Assembly: GCA_049724395.1 (NCBI GenBank)
Contig: JAUGWO010000127.1
Location: 62,001 to 110,838, forward strand
Direction: 5' to 3'
DNA length: 48,838 bases
Origin: Spongospora subterranea f. sp. subterranea
Lineage: Eukaryota
The notes below the pieces were generated by a model, which was given only the letters and a program-made list of their open reading frames with translations, searched no databases and was not told the origin of the DNA. Positions 1 through 11,000 of this stretch are shown here, piece after piece. The position numbers and the translations under genes were made by a program. Positions within the stretch are counted from its first letter, which is position 1; each line of letters begins with the position of its first letter.

Positions 1-999
1 CGGGAGTATGCAATTCTATGTATTCTTCAGATTATACCAGGTACACAGCCCAATTTGGCTTGAGTGCCACGTTGTTATCTAACCAACGATCGGTGTTTTT
101 TCTAGATGTTGTACTCACGCTGGAAAACAAGCCGAGATCTTGCACTTTCAAAGCCCAACGGCGAAGCAGTTTACAGTAAGGTGTTCGAAATTTCCTAAAT
201 ATTAATTAACACGCGAATTTTTTCCTAAAAGGCCAGTTTAAGGATCTTGTTTTTGCGATAATTGATGGGCACACTGACCAGACGGCATACGAAGACAGTT
301 TGAGGACTTTGGTTGGCGCCAAATCCTATTCTATGTTCACCGTTGACAAATTGGTGGCCGCCCTTATCAAGCTTACACAATCTCTTACTGTAAACCCTGT
401 TAATCAACGATTGATCGGTCTATATAATTACGAACATTCGCGAGCAATCGATAAGGAGCAGAATTCTAGGGGTCAGGACCCGCTTGAACGCTCTGCCTTG
501 ATGGCCCGTATGTACTTGATGAATTGTGCATCGATCATTGAAGATGATGACCATTGCGTCCAAATTGAATATTTTAAGGTTGGAGAGTGTATTGCTTGGA
601 CTTATACCTCATGACCCGGGTTTCAGGATACTTGCGAACTTGGCATCGGCTATTTAGAAAACTTTGGCAGCTCCGATTCGAAATATTCCAACCCATCATG
701 CGATCAGTTCCTTGATCGGTATTTGAATTCGTCCAGCAACTGCTCTCCTCCGTTTCTTCGCCGGAACCTTTCTAAGCGAATTGTTAATGACGATATTGTC
801 ACTCGCAACGGGCTAGAGAGTAAAATTTGTCGCCGAACGCTCAAGGTTGTTTTCTTTACAGTTTCTTGGCGTGTTCGCCGCATTGATACAGTGTTTTCTC
901 CAGGCCTATTTTATTGAAGGTACTGAAGATATCTTCTATCGCCGTCAGCGGTCCAAGATCACTCGCCCGGATAAACGGCAGCACCGGTTAGTTCAATAA
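1..999 (+). CDS. SIN3: 3' part of a spliced Sin3 co-repressor gene (Sin3a_C region); starts upstream of the window
   Basis: Spliced exons read FYVFFRLYQ, YEDSLRTLVGAKSYSMFTVDKL, PPFLRRNL, NGLESKICRRTLK and YFIEGTEDIFYRR, matching the Sin3 C-terminal domain. GT-AG introns are present (e.g. ~41-106). Stop TAA at 997-999. Confidence 0.85.
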
Positions 1000-1340
1000 C
1001 TAGCATGGATTGCCAGGGCTTCCTTTGAAGCTGTATTTTTAGATTTGAATCGTGGCGGTTGTCCCAGCCTGCTATTGCTGAAAGATCAGGGGATTCACCG
1101 ATCATGTTCCAAGATCAAAGCCAGACAAGCCAGGTGGTTCCCTCAGACAACCAACCGATTAGTCAGCCAGACCTTGTTCAACACGTTGCCAGTCCGGCTC
1201 AGCCAATGGATTTATCCTGATTCTTGACAATGCATTTTTGGTTTTTAGTATTATAAAGTCTTGATATAGTAGGACTGTATTCAGTTATCGTGTGACTATT
1301 GTTTGATCGGCCAAATTTAGTGCAGTTGCCGTCATCGATA

Positions 1341-1613
1341 ATGTCGCTGGACGATTACAACATAGAGGAACCAATCGGCAAAGGAGCCTATGGAGTCGTC
1401 TATAAAGCCAGACGGCGGCACGATGGCGCTTCTGTCGTGATTAACAGATGAGGCTACAGAATCCACACAACCGAAGCGCAATTGCTCTCCGATTTTGCCC
1501 ATCCCGGAATTATCAAACATTACCAGACTTTTTAGGACCCGGCGTCCTAAACGCGTTGTCTCGTGATGGAATACTGTGATGGCGGTGATCTATCGCGTTC
1601 ATGAGGGATCACG
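1341..1613 (+). pseudogene. Truncated Ser/Thr kinase (NEK-like N-lobe) pseudogene
   Basis: MSLDDYNIEEPIGKGAYGVVYKARR...EAQLLSDFAHPGIIKHY...LVMEYCDGGDL, with stops and frameshifts. It ends where the copia remnant begins. Confidence 0.75.
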
Positions 1614-2480
1614 TGTTGATACCCAATGTAGTTTTAGACCAATCCATGCCGGTGGACTTTTTTCTTTGGCTCCGAAGAACCGTTTTGCATTGAGTTGCTC
1701 TTTTGAAAGCAGATTTTCTATCATGGTTGGTAGATGAGACTCCAATGTAAACCATAGCCCTAAATGCCGCGTCCCGGAATCCGAATAAATCTCTTCTCTC
1801 TCTGGTCTGTTATCACAAATTAACAGTCGACTTTGGCGTTTGCGCCATGGGCAGTACAGAGGAGAAGACACAGCTTGGAGCTGTAATGGCAGATGTAGCC
1901 AACATGTCGTTAGATAAGCTTCAAGCTGAAGCTGCCAAAATCGATATGATGACGAAAGTCGTCAGGCACCGAATGGGCATAGACAACTTGACGCAAGCTG
2001 AAGCGGTCCCGGCGAGGCTCAACAAACATCGAATCATTGTCCCCAAATTCAGCGGACTCAAGGTTGATAATTTTGTACTTTAAACCTTGTGGACTGGTCG
2101 AAGCATTGGGTGCGCACGATGATGGTTCGCCCGTCGATAAGCACGAAAACCCATCCTGTGAGCAAATGAAGTCGAAGGATAGCGAAGCACGATCGATTCT
2201 GATTCTGTCCGCCCTGCCTCCATCTACGGTCACAGCACTCGGTCTGACCACCAAGAAGACTGTCCACGAATGTTGGAAGGTCCTTTTCGACGCATTACAC
2301 CCGTCGACAATGGCGACGATCTCTCGTGCCTTAAGAGACCTGGTCCAAGCTCGTCAGGAAGACGGAGAGGCAGTCGGCGAATACGTCTCTCGGGTGAATC
2401 AAGTAAACTTTAAGAAACTTCGTGTAGTGATCTATGAATGTTGCGAAATACTTGTAGCGATTTGGCAAGCATGGACATGA
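1614..2480 (+). mobile_element. Copia LTR retrotransposon 5' remnant (putative short LTR 1614-1723 plus gag)
   Basis: A TG...CA segment is followed by TGG (PBS-like). The frameshifted gag reads KDSEARSILILSAL...ECWKVLFDALHPST...QEDGEAVGEYVSRV (UBN2/Retrotran_gag_2-like). Confidence 0.65.
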
Positions 2481-2535
2481 AAATGGGCCTTTACGATCGC
2501 TGAATGCCAATTCTCCTGGCCGGCGTAGGAGAGTA

Positions 2536-5101
2536 CAGTCCCAGTCACCTTAACTCCACACTTGTTTCAATTTGGTTTATTAGAAATTGCGCGCAAATTA
2601 AGTTTGCGCAACTGCGCAACTTGATTTGTGCGTAAGCAGGTTTTCAGCAAATTCAATAAGGAATCTGGAACTGCAATGGGTTATAAGTCCTTCAGAATTC
2701 TAACGGGAATCGATCGATGTCTTCGGTATTTTTTTACAGCAAACTCCACTTGATCGGGAGTCAATTGGTTTCCGTCCTCCCCGCAAACACGATAGGCGTC
2801 CATGTACCGGAAACACTTATTTGCAAATCTTTGAATCGTTGCTAACGAAACGCTGTTTAAAGCCAATGGGACAATTGTTTGAAGGTCTTTGAACGAATAT
2901 GTACAGTTCCTTCTGGTGAAAAATTTGCACGCCGCCCAGTACATCTCGATGAAGTTGAATTCGCAATGGAATTTGGGATAAAAGTCTATTAAAAATCCAT
3001 CATTCTCAAAAACTACTTCCTGTAACCAACAATTTTGTTCCTGGAAATCGGGTTGCTTTTGCAACAACTCCATGGCTGCTTGTCGAGATAGAGTAATATC
3101 CCACAAACCACGTTCAGTCAGAATTGTACGTAGACCCTTTGCCTTGCCCTCTGACGTGATCATGGACTGGGTTTGTCTATCCCCGTTTGCAAGAAACCAC
3201 CCATCACGTTGCGGCTTGACATTTTTGCCATCGTCCTTGATTGGTAAAACTTTCGCGTTCAGCGCATTAGGAGGAAGAGCACGATGATTCTGCGAGTTAT
3301 CAAACAGAAACAAAGCATCGCAGCCAGGATGTAAAATTTTGAAAATCAAGATGACGTTCTCGAGTTGTTTCACCAGATCAGAATTAGTCCAATAACCATC
3401 CGCATTTTTTCCGGGCTTCATGATTACAACTGATTCAGGATACACACCGGGATGTTGAACTTGCTGCGAAGGTGACAATTTTAAAGGACCATGGCATTCG
3501 CACAGGAATTCAGACACCATGATGCTGCGTCCTTCACCTTTGGGTCGCAATGGCCGATTATCTTCGCTCATCCAAATGGTTGTCTTTCCGTCATTTGAGC
3601 TGAAACACGATTCATCGTGGGTAACCAGAACCAATCTTCGATTCCCATCGCCTAAGTTTGGCGCGATTGCCCTCAGAACATCGACGTCTTTGTCCAACAC
3701 ATCAACGTATTTCGTCATTCGTTCTTCATAGTTTAACATCCGATTTAAGAATAACTCTCGATACAATATGACATCACCTCGTTCGTGGCCATCAACGTAT
3801 GTCCCCTTTTTAAAAACACCATATCTTAAGCCAAGAGCGTGAAGCCAACGCTTTGCAGTCGATTCTGAAACTAAAATAGGTGAAGGCAGTCCGACCTTGC
3901 TGTGTAGTTGATTGGCAATCCATTGTGAAAAACTGTGACACGTGACTGAATCATGGATTTGGCATTTTAACCAGATTCGGCATTCGCGAGCGATATCTTC
4001 ATCATGGATGAGAGATCTGCTTTTCACGTGACATCCTTGACGATGTTTAGGCAATTCTTTGTGAAGAAGAAAATGCTCTGCCCATTTCCGAATAGTTCGA
4101 GAATGATTGATTTCACTTCTTGTGGGAAAAAGATTAGCCGCAACAGTCCTGGATGCAGCGACCATATTGACAGACGACTGTAAAAGCGTGAAATATTGTT
4201 CAAGAGCAATGTTTCTGATAAAGTCGTATTTTGATACGCCCTCCATTTGTTTTTGAGCAGTGCTGCTCGCAGTCACCCTGGTGTAGGTTCCAATGATTTC
4301 AAGTGCAGCATCAACAGAAATGGCCATTGCAACATGATCGATGTCTGCTGCGTTCAAGGGTCGGGAATCCACAGGCGTTTCCGCTTTGAAAAAAAAATCA
4401 GTGATCTTTGAGTTCTCGACAGCAGACTTCAATTTGGCTTTTTCGCGATTTTGATTTCGCCACGTTGTCGTTCTGCTATTGCCAGAATACCCACAGGGCA
4501 GGTGCGAACCAGCGCCTTCTTTCCAGGTCAAAAACGACGGATTGACTGTCGAATATTCAACTTCATCAATTGCGTTATCACTGCAAAGAAAATATAAAGA
4601 ATCGTCTTTGTCATTATCTGAAACTACAAGTTCTTTGTCAGGGATGGTCAATGTCTTTGTTCGTTTAGATTCCCTTGCTTGCTGAAGCTGCTTATGGCGA
4701 CGATTACTGGGAGGCATGAAACAGTCAAAATGTTAAGACGCGTTGCCGAAAGACGAGAGTCCGATACACAAGGGTTCCTCGAACCGGACGCACGCATTTA
4801 TAAACTGCGTGACAATATAATCAAAATATGCGTACGCACTAAAATACTGCGTGCACGCACAATTTGTGAAGTTTGATATTTGACCATACATGTTTCAAAT
4901 TTTTCATTTTCCATACAACTTTGATGGCTCACTAGTCAGTCAATATTTGGAACTAGTAGAAAATTGTTCTGTATTGCTTTTCGTTTCGACGAGATCTGTC
5001 GAATTACAGAGCGTTTGTTGGAATTTGAGAAAGTTTGAAGTTGAAGATATCAAACTCCGTGACGCCCTCTCAATTGTGTTGAGTTAAGGTGACTGGGACT
5101 G
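2536..5101 (-). mobile_element. Complete IS630/Tc1/mariner-superfamily DNA transposon
   Basis: Perfect 21-bp TIRs CAGTCCCAGTCACCTTAACTC (2536-2556 and 5081-5101), flanked by TA at 2534-2535 and 5102-5103. It encloses an intact transposase ORF. Confidence 0.92.
2681..4717 (-). CDS. 678-aa DDE transposase (IS630/Tc1-like, long second spacer)
   Basis: Uninterrupted ORF with an HTH-like region (TIRKWAEHF, TAKRWLHALG), YVDGHER, and triad motifs THDESCF / LFDNSQNH / YPKFHCEFNFIEMYW. Confidence 0.9.
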   Translation of the reverse strand: MPPSNRRHKQLQQARESKRTKTLTIPDKELVVSDNDKDDSLYFLCSDNAIDEVEYSTVNPSFLTWKEGAGSHLPCGYSGNSRTTTWRNQNREKAKLKSAVENSKITDFFFKAETPVDSRPLNAADIDHVAMAISVDAALEIIGTYTRVTASSTAQKQMEGVSKYDFIRNIALEQYFTLLQSSVNMVAASRTVAANLFPTRSEINHSRTIRKWAEHFLLHKELPKHRQGCHVKSRSLIHDEDIARECRIWLKCQIHDSVTCHSFSQWIANQLHSKVGLPSPILVSESTAKRWLHALGLRYGVFKKGTYVDGHERGDVILYRELFLNRMLNYEERMTKYVDVLDKDVDVLRAIAPNLGDGNRRLVLVTHDESCFSSNDGKTTIWMSEDNRPLRPKGEGRSIMVSEFLCECHGPLKLSPSQQVQHPGVYPESVVIMKPGKNADGYWTNSDLVKQLENVILIFKILHPGCDALFLFDNSQNHRALPPNALNAKVLPIKDDGKNVKPQRDGWFLANGDRQTQSMITSEGKAKGLRTILTERGLWDITLSRQAAMELLQKQPDFQEQNCWLQEVVFENDGFLIDFYPKFHCEFNFIEMYWAACKFFTRRNCTYSFKDLQTIVPLALNSVSLATIQRFANKCFRYMDAYRVCGEDGNQLTPDQVEFAVKKYRRHRSIPVRILKDL

Positions 5102-5190
5102 TACAATTATTGTTTCAATTTGATTTTGTAAAAAAAAAAAAAAAAAATGCGAACGCACTTTGAATTATGGCTCGCGGTTTATTATCTGCG

Positions 5191-5612
5191 GGCTTGGTTC
5201 CTGTCTGTCCCTGTTGGTGGCAGGCATGTCCGGGTGAGTGTTAGACAGGAGTTCGAAACCCCGTGAGTGATGGAATTTTGGGAGACCCCCCAAGGTTGCA
5301 TCCAATACGGAAAAGTAGAGTGAATGTTGAGCACGAAGGTCTGACCACGTGGCCTCTAATTAATGTGGGAGAGCGAGCTGCTTGCAGTAAACTCGGAAAC
5401 TCTGGATAGGCAATGTAATCAGGTGGGGGCAGGTCCCATTCGGTGTGGTCGTTAGGACAGATTATGTTGCTGAATCCAGCTGGTCTAATAGGTTCCTTCA
5501 TTGGATACCCAAGCTACTTGTAGCGGCCAGGCGGAAGTAGGGAAAGCCTGGTAGTACACAGGCTTACTCAACCCATAAGAACCCGCGATCCTTTGTATAC
5601 CATACCATACCA
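5191..5612 (+). mobile_element. SINE-like non-coding retroposon, full-length copy 1
   Basis: 12-bp TSD TTATTATCTGCG (5179-5190 and 5613-5624), a 3' (TACCA)n tail, and a B-box-like GTTCGAAACC in the head. Homologous copies lie at ~38347, 45876 and 46294. Confidence 0.85.
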
Positions 5613-5639
5613 TTATTATCTGCGCGCAGAAAAATGACA

Positions 5640-6233
5640 TCAAAATCAACCAAGTTGCGCAATGAGCGACTCTGGTAGATTGCGGTGCGTTTGTACTTCT
5701 TGACGGCGTATTCTGCTTGTCGGACAGAATAAATACCAGAAGCGTCAACTATTCGATATGCGTCCATATATCGATAACAATCTCTGGCGAAGCGCCGAAT
5801 TTGTTCTAGAGGAACCTGCTCCAACGCCTTCGGTACAACAATCTGCAAATCTTTCCAGGAATAAGTGCAGTTGCGTCGAGTGTAACTCTTGTCCGCAGCC
5901 CAATACATCTCGATAAAGTTGAACTCACAATGAAATTTGGGATAGAAACCAACCATTCCGTCATTCTTTTCGGCTATTTCAACGATCCATTCTTCTTGGC
6001 TGAATCTTTTGATAAGTAGTTTCCCCACAGGCCACGTTCATGCAGAATGGTTCCAACCCTTTCTAAACTCCCGCATTCGTCTGCATCATCTGTTCAACTC
6101 GTTGTCCCTGTTTCATGAACCATCATGGACGCTGCAGTTTTACGTTCTTTAGACCATCATTCGGGTTCAGACCTTTAGCATTTAACGCGTCAGGCGGCAA
6201 TGCTCGATGATTCTGGGAGTTGTCGAACATTAA
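5640..6233 (-). pseudogene. Degenerate 3' half of a paralogous IS630/Tc1-like transposase
   Basis: MFDNSQNHRA...FYPKFHCEFNFIEMYWAADKSYTRRNCTYSWKDL...YAVKKYKR is highly similar to the 2681-4717 protein, with stops and frameshifts. Confidence 0.85.
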
Positions 6234-7318
6234 GCGCACTGTGATGTTGTGGCGGGGACTGCGTGGATCGCTTAATGTACCACCATCGATTTGCGACCTT
6301 GGTTTGACGCCACATCAACCAGGTATTGGCCATCTGTGCTTCAGATGACCACGAACTGACCATTGGTTGTTTGTGCAGGACCGCATGGATTACGCCGCGA
6401 TCACCACCGCCGACATGGCTGGAGTAGCAACAACCGACTGGCAACTCATGCTCGAGAAGGCCTCTGTCCATGAACAGTCCTTTCTGTAGTGGGACAGCTG
6501 GGACGTGGCAACCTGCGTGCGAAGTGTCAAACCGGTCCTGATTCGCCAGTGTACCAATTTTCTCAACGTTCGTCAACCGCTAACTCTGCAATCCGTCGCA
6601 AGAGCGGTTAATCATATCCTGCGATATGATTACGATTCCGGGTCGTTCTAAATCCAAATTGCGAGTACCGTCGGGTGATGTTACGAACGGGTGGACATCG
6701 TCCGAGTGTGCGTACTGAAAGGCGCCACGAAGCCACAATTTTTTCAACGTTCGTCAACCGCTAACTCTGCAATCCGTCGCAAGAGCGGTTGGAAACGCAG
6801 TAAGTCCCAACACCGTCGTTACCATTCAAATCTCACTCCTTTCAATCAGAAATGGCTTCGTGGCGCCTTTCAGTACGCACACTCGGACGATGTCCACCCG
6901 TTCGTAACATCACCCGACGGTACTCGCAATTTGGATTTAGAACGACCCGGAATCGTAATCATATCGCAGGATATGATTAACCGCTCTTGCGACGGATTGC
7001 AGAGTTAGCGGTTGACGAACGTTGAGAAAATTGGTACACTGGCGAATCAGGACCGGTTTGACACTTCGCACGCAGGTTGCCACGTCTTAGCTGTCCACGA
7101 GCAGAAAGGACTGTTCATGGACAGAGGCCTTCTCGAGCATGAGTTGCCAGTCGGATGTTGCTACTCCAGCCATGTCGGCGGTGGTGATCGCGGCGTAATC
7201 CATGCGGTCCTGCACAAACAACCAATGGTTAGTTCGTGGTCATCTGAAGCAAGCACAGATGGCCAATACCTTGTTGATGTGGCAAATCCACGCAGTCCGC
7301 CACAACATCACAGTGCGC
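6234..7318. repeat. Large inverted duplication (arms ~6234-6735 and ~6853-7318)
   Basis: The arms are reverse complements; the ORF track gives the same peptide MTNVEKIGTLANQ... on both strands. The spacer is ~117 bp. Confidence 0.9.
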
Positions 7319-7582
7319 CCAGCACCCATTAAGGGGGGACTTGGCTGGTGACTATGAATGTATGTATATAGATACACTTGGGGTGCCCCGTGGAGCGCCC
7401 CGGGTGACTCTATTGCACGTGAGCCTATGTGATGGAATTCGGAAATGTTTTCTGGAAACTGGAGATGTGATGAAATTTTAAAAATGTAATGGCAATGTGA
7501 TTCAAAAACACACGTTTTGAATGACGCACGACAATGTCGTCATGTGGTCAATGGCTTGCTGTATTGTAGTAGGCAACAGGAT

Positions 7583-8164
7583 TCAGTCATCACAGTCGGT
7601 TTCATACACAATCGGATCATGGTTTTGAGATATGAATAGCGCCAGAGATTCCTTGGGAGGGGATAGAAGTGGTGATGACACGATCTCCCCTGTCAGATGT
7701 TCGTCCATAGCTTGCCGATGGCGAGGAGGGATGCTTGCAATGACAGCATCGAGATAATGCGGCTTGGCCATGAGCTTGGTGTAGTAGTTACGGTAGAGTT
7801 GCCTCCATCCGTCGGCAGTTCGGGTGAAGTCGTTGAGGAACTCTCTGAGGCGATCCCAGGTTCCTCGGGAATTTCCCGACTGCCCACACTCGTTCACCCA
7901 ATACATAATCGCTCCCAGCTCCCACTCTTGGGGGTTTCGACGGGTCCGGGGAGAATCTGACTTTTGAACGGACTTGGAAGGTTTGGTCTCGACATCGGGC
8001 GTTCTGACCGGGATCACAGGAGCAGCGGCAGTTTGTCGACTGGAGACCGGCGTTGAAGGCACTGACCGCAGTTCCTTAATTAAACTATTGGCAGACTGTG
8101 TGTGATACTTGGACGGCGGTTTCATTGCGGTAAGGTCGATGGGTTTGGGCTTCGATATCTCCAA
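7583..8164 (-). CDS. Protein (possibly a 3' exon) with a single Myb/SANT-like domain after a Pro/Ser-rich linker
   Basis: The W-spaced helical segment WELGAIMYWV...GNSRGTWDRL...TRTADGWRQLYRNY resembles Rap1/SANT-type Myb domains. Confidence 0.45.
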   Translation of the reverse strand: MEISKPKPIDLTAMKPPSKYHTQSANSLIKELRSVPSTPVSSRQTAAAPVIPVRTPDVETKPSKSVQKSDSPRTRRNPQEWELGAIMYWVNECGQSGNSRGTWDRLREFLNDFTRTADGWRQLYRNYYTKLMAKPHYLDAVIASIPPRHRQAMDEHLTGEIVSSPLLSPPKESLALFISQNHDPIVYETDCDD

Positions 8165-8599
8165 CGACGGCGGGATGGGCGGGGTCGTGTCGGTTGATGG
8201 ATTGAGAACAATCTGACATACTTGGATTCATGTTTGGCAAAACTTCCGAACGTCGTCGCTGACGGGGGGCATGAGGCGAGTGGCTGAATGTTTAATCGAA
8301 CTGTTGTGAAAATTGGAACAAAGGCTTTATGGCGATAAAGTAGCGCAGTAAGAATATTCAACGACACGCTTGGGTACAACAAGATGATTGACCCGAGTAG
8401 TTGCCAGTGGCCTGTCAATCCGATTGTTTAGGTCAGTGCAGTTCCGCAACGATCAGCGTGGATGACGAAGCTATCTACGGCAAGAAAGCCTGCGGAGCGC
8501 CAATTAGGAAGATGGGATGATGGCTGTTGATTGTTCTCACGAGAGTGTTGTGCCAAGGCCTCGACAGTAAAATCGGAAGCTGGCGGCTACCGCGAACAA

Positions 8600-9060
8600 G
8601 CCAACCCACGACTGTTCCCAATACCGATATTGTTGACGGTGAAAATTAATGTTAATTGATGGATATACGCTCTAGTGTGGGTTTTCTATCTAAGTTTCAG
8701 GGCGATGATGGTTTCATCGTGAAAATGTATGATGGTTCGGCCTCACCAACGACGGAGACAATGCAAGCCCTTCAGCGTCTTCACCCAGTAGGTCCTGAGG
8801 CCCCTTTCCCCAATCATTTAGGTCCCACAGGTCATAACATCACTGACGCTGACATCCTTTTCGTTCCGAAATCCACCAACTTCGACTCGGCTGGCGGCCC
8901 TTCTGGATGGACCACCATTTTTCCGCTGGGTGAAGACGCTGAAGGGGTGGCATTGTCTCCGTTGTTGGTGGGGCCAAACCAGCACTGGAGGCGGTCGGCT
9001 TGACCATCGGCCACGATGCGGATTCGTTTTCTCGGGCCGCAGACGCGTGTTGAGCAGACA
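8600..9060 (+). mobile_element. Degenerate non-LTR retrotransposon fragment (CRE/RLE-type, region just before RT)
   Basis: Motifs ALQRLHP and SAGGPSGWT resemble the LHP...S.GPSGW segment preceding RT in CRE-clade elements. Confidence 0.5.
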
Positions 9061-9149
9061 CGTGCTGAGGTTAACGATTTCGTCCTCTTGATCGTTCGCT
9101 ATGAGCGCGCGATGGAACTTTCATTATATTTACAAAAACAGCCCTATCT

Positions 9150-11000
9150 ATCTTCTTCGTTATACCATCGAAAGCGATTAACTGTAGCGTCAAAAACGGA
9201 ATTAGATAAACACTTCAATAATTTCTTGGAAATGTCAGCACTCAATCTTCAATTACAGCATCTAAGCACGAATTGTCAACTATTACAACTGTTCACAAAG
9301 ACTCAAAACATCAGAATGTGATAATAGTGCGAATTTCGATGGCACCTGCAAAACGACGCACAGAGCATTGACTTGAATCTTGAAACCAATTTTGAATATG
9401 AAATAGCTGTAATTGAAATTAATCGACCGTTTGTCATACCCCATGCTACTACATCAATAATAACATTCATTCGAGCATTACTTACAAAAAAGCATTTTGA
9501 ATTTGAGCAATGTCACGACAAAATCGAGATCAGATAAAGTCATCAACAGAATGTACGAATTTGCAGAAATAGAAACGGAATCTTCAATTGCAGCATCCAT
9601 ACACGAATCGTAAACTACTCGAAAATTCACCAGGACATAAAACATTGAAATGTGATAATAGTACGAAATTCGAAGGCAGCAAAAATGACCCAAAGAGCAT
9701 TGACTTGACTCTTGAAACCAATCTTGAATCTGAATAGCTGTAATTGCTATCAAACGACCGTTTGACACGCACTATGCTGCTAAATCAATAATAACATTCA
9801 TTCGAGCATTACTCACGAAAAAGCAATTTAATTTGAGTGATGTAGCCTGAAAAACGAAATTAGCTAAGCCATCAACAGAATTTACGAATTTGCAGAAACA
9901 GAAACGGAATCTTCAATTGCAGCATCAATGCACGAATCGTCAACTATTTAAACTGTTCACAATGAGATAGAACATAAAAATGTGATAATTGGACGAAATT
10001 CGACTGCACCCGAAAAATGGACCCACAGAGCATTGACTTGAATCTTGAAACCAATCTTTAATCTGAATAGCTGTAATTGAAAAAAAAACGATCGTTTTTT
10101 GACATACACCATGGTGATGAATCAATAAAAAAAATCATTCGAGCATTATTTGCGAAAAAGCATGTAAATTTGAGGTATGTATTCGTGAAACCCGAAATTA
10201 GTTAAGCCATCAACAAATTATAGGAAATGCAAAACATCAAACCGAATCTTCAATTACAGCATCAAAACACGAAATGTCAACTTTTATAACTGTTCACAAT
10301 GAGGTAAATTAATGAAATGTGATGATAATTCAATAGACGGCTCCCGCAAATACGGCCCACTGAGCATCAAGTCGAAAACATGTAGCCAATATTGATTTTG
10401 GATAGCTGTAATTGAAATTTCTCGATCGTTAGAGCAAAAACATGCAGTTCATTTGGTCATAACATTCATTCGAGCATTACTTATAAAATCGAATCGTCAG
10501 TTGACTAGTGTAACGACAAAATCGAGTTCAGATAAGGTCACCAACAGAATCTGCGAATTTGCAGAAAAAGAAACGGAATCTTCAATTGCAGCAACAATAC
10601 ACGAATCGTCAACTATTCCAGCTGTTCACAATGAGATAAAGCGACATAAACATGTGATAATAGTACGAAATTCGACGGTACCCGCAAAAATGACTCGCTG
10701 AGCCTCAATAAAAAGTTTGAGGCCAATACCGAATCTGGATAACTACATTGTTAAAAGAACGACCGTTAACCGTAGAGCATGCAATGCAATCAATAACAGC
10801 ATGGATTAGAGCGGTATTTGCAAACGCATCTTCATTTGGCCTAATATGACGGCAGAACGGAATCAGCAAAATGGCCTCAATACTATATGGAAAATTGCAG
10901 AGACAGAAACGGAATCTTGGTTGTCAGCATCAATAAACGAATCTTTGTATTGAAACTGCTCACAATGGCACAAAACATGAAAAATGTGATATTGAGCGCC
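9150..11000. repeat. Diverged tandem repeat, about 6 units of ~333 bp
   Basis: The marker AAACGGAATCTTCAATTGCAGC recurs at ~9240, 9573, 9902, 10239, 10571 and 10907 (periods 329-337). Confidence 0.85.

Noticed and set aside
5191..5270. tRNA gene
   Set aside because: Only a B-box-like motif is present; no cloverleaf could be folded and the motif varies between copies.
5191..5612. Fanzor/TnpB omegaRNA downstream of an IS630-like transposase
   Set aside because: No RuvC/Zn-finger Fanzor ORF was recognised in the window. The TSDs and repeat tail show an independent retroposon insertion.
6190..7332. Two paralogous genes MTNVEKIGTLANQ... on opposite strands
   Set aside because: They are a by-product of the inverted duplication, have non-ATG starts and no recognisable domain.
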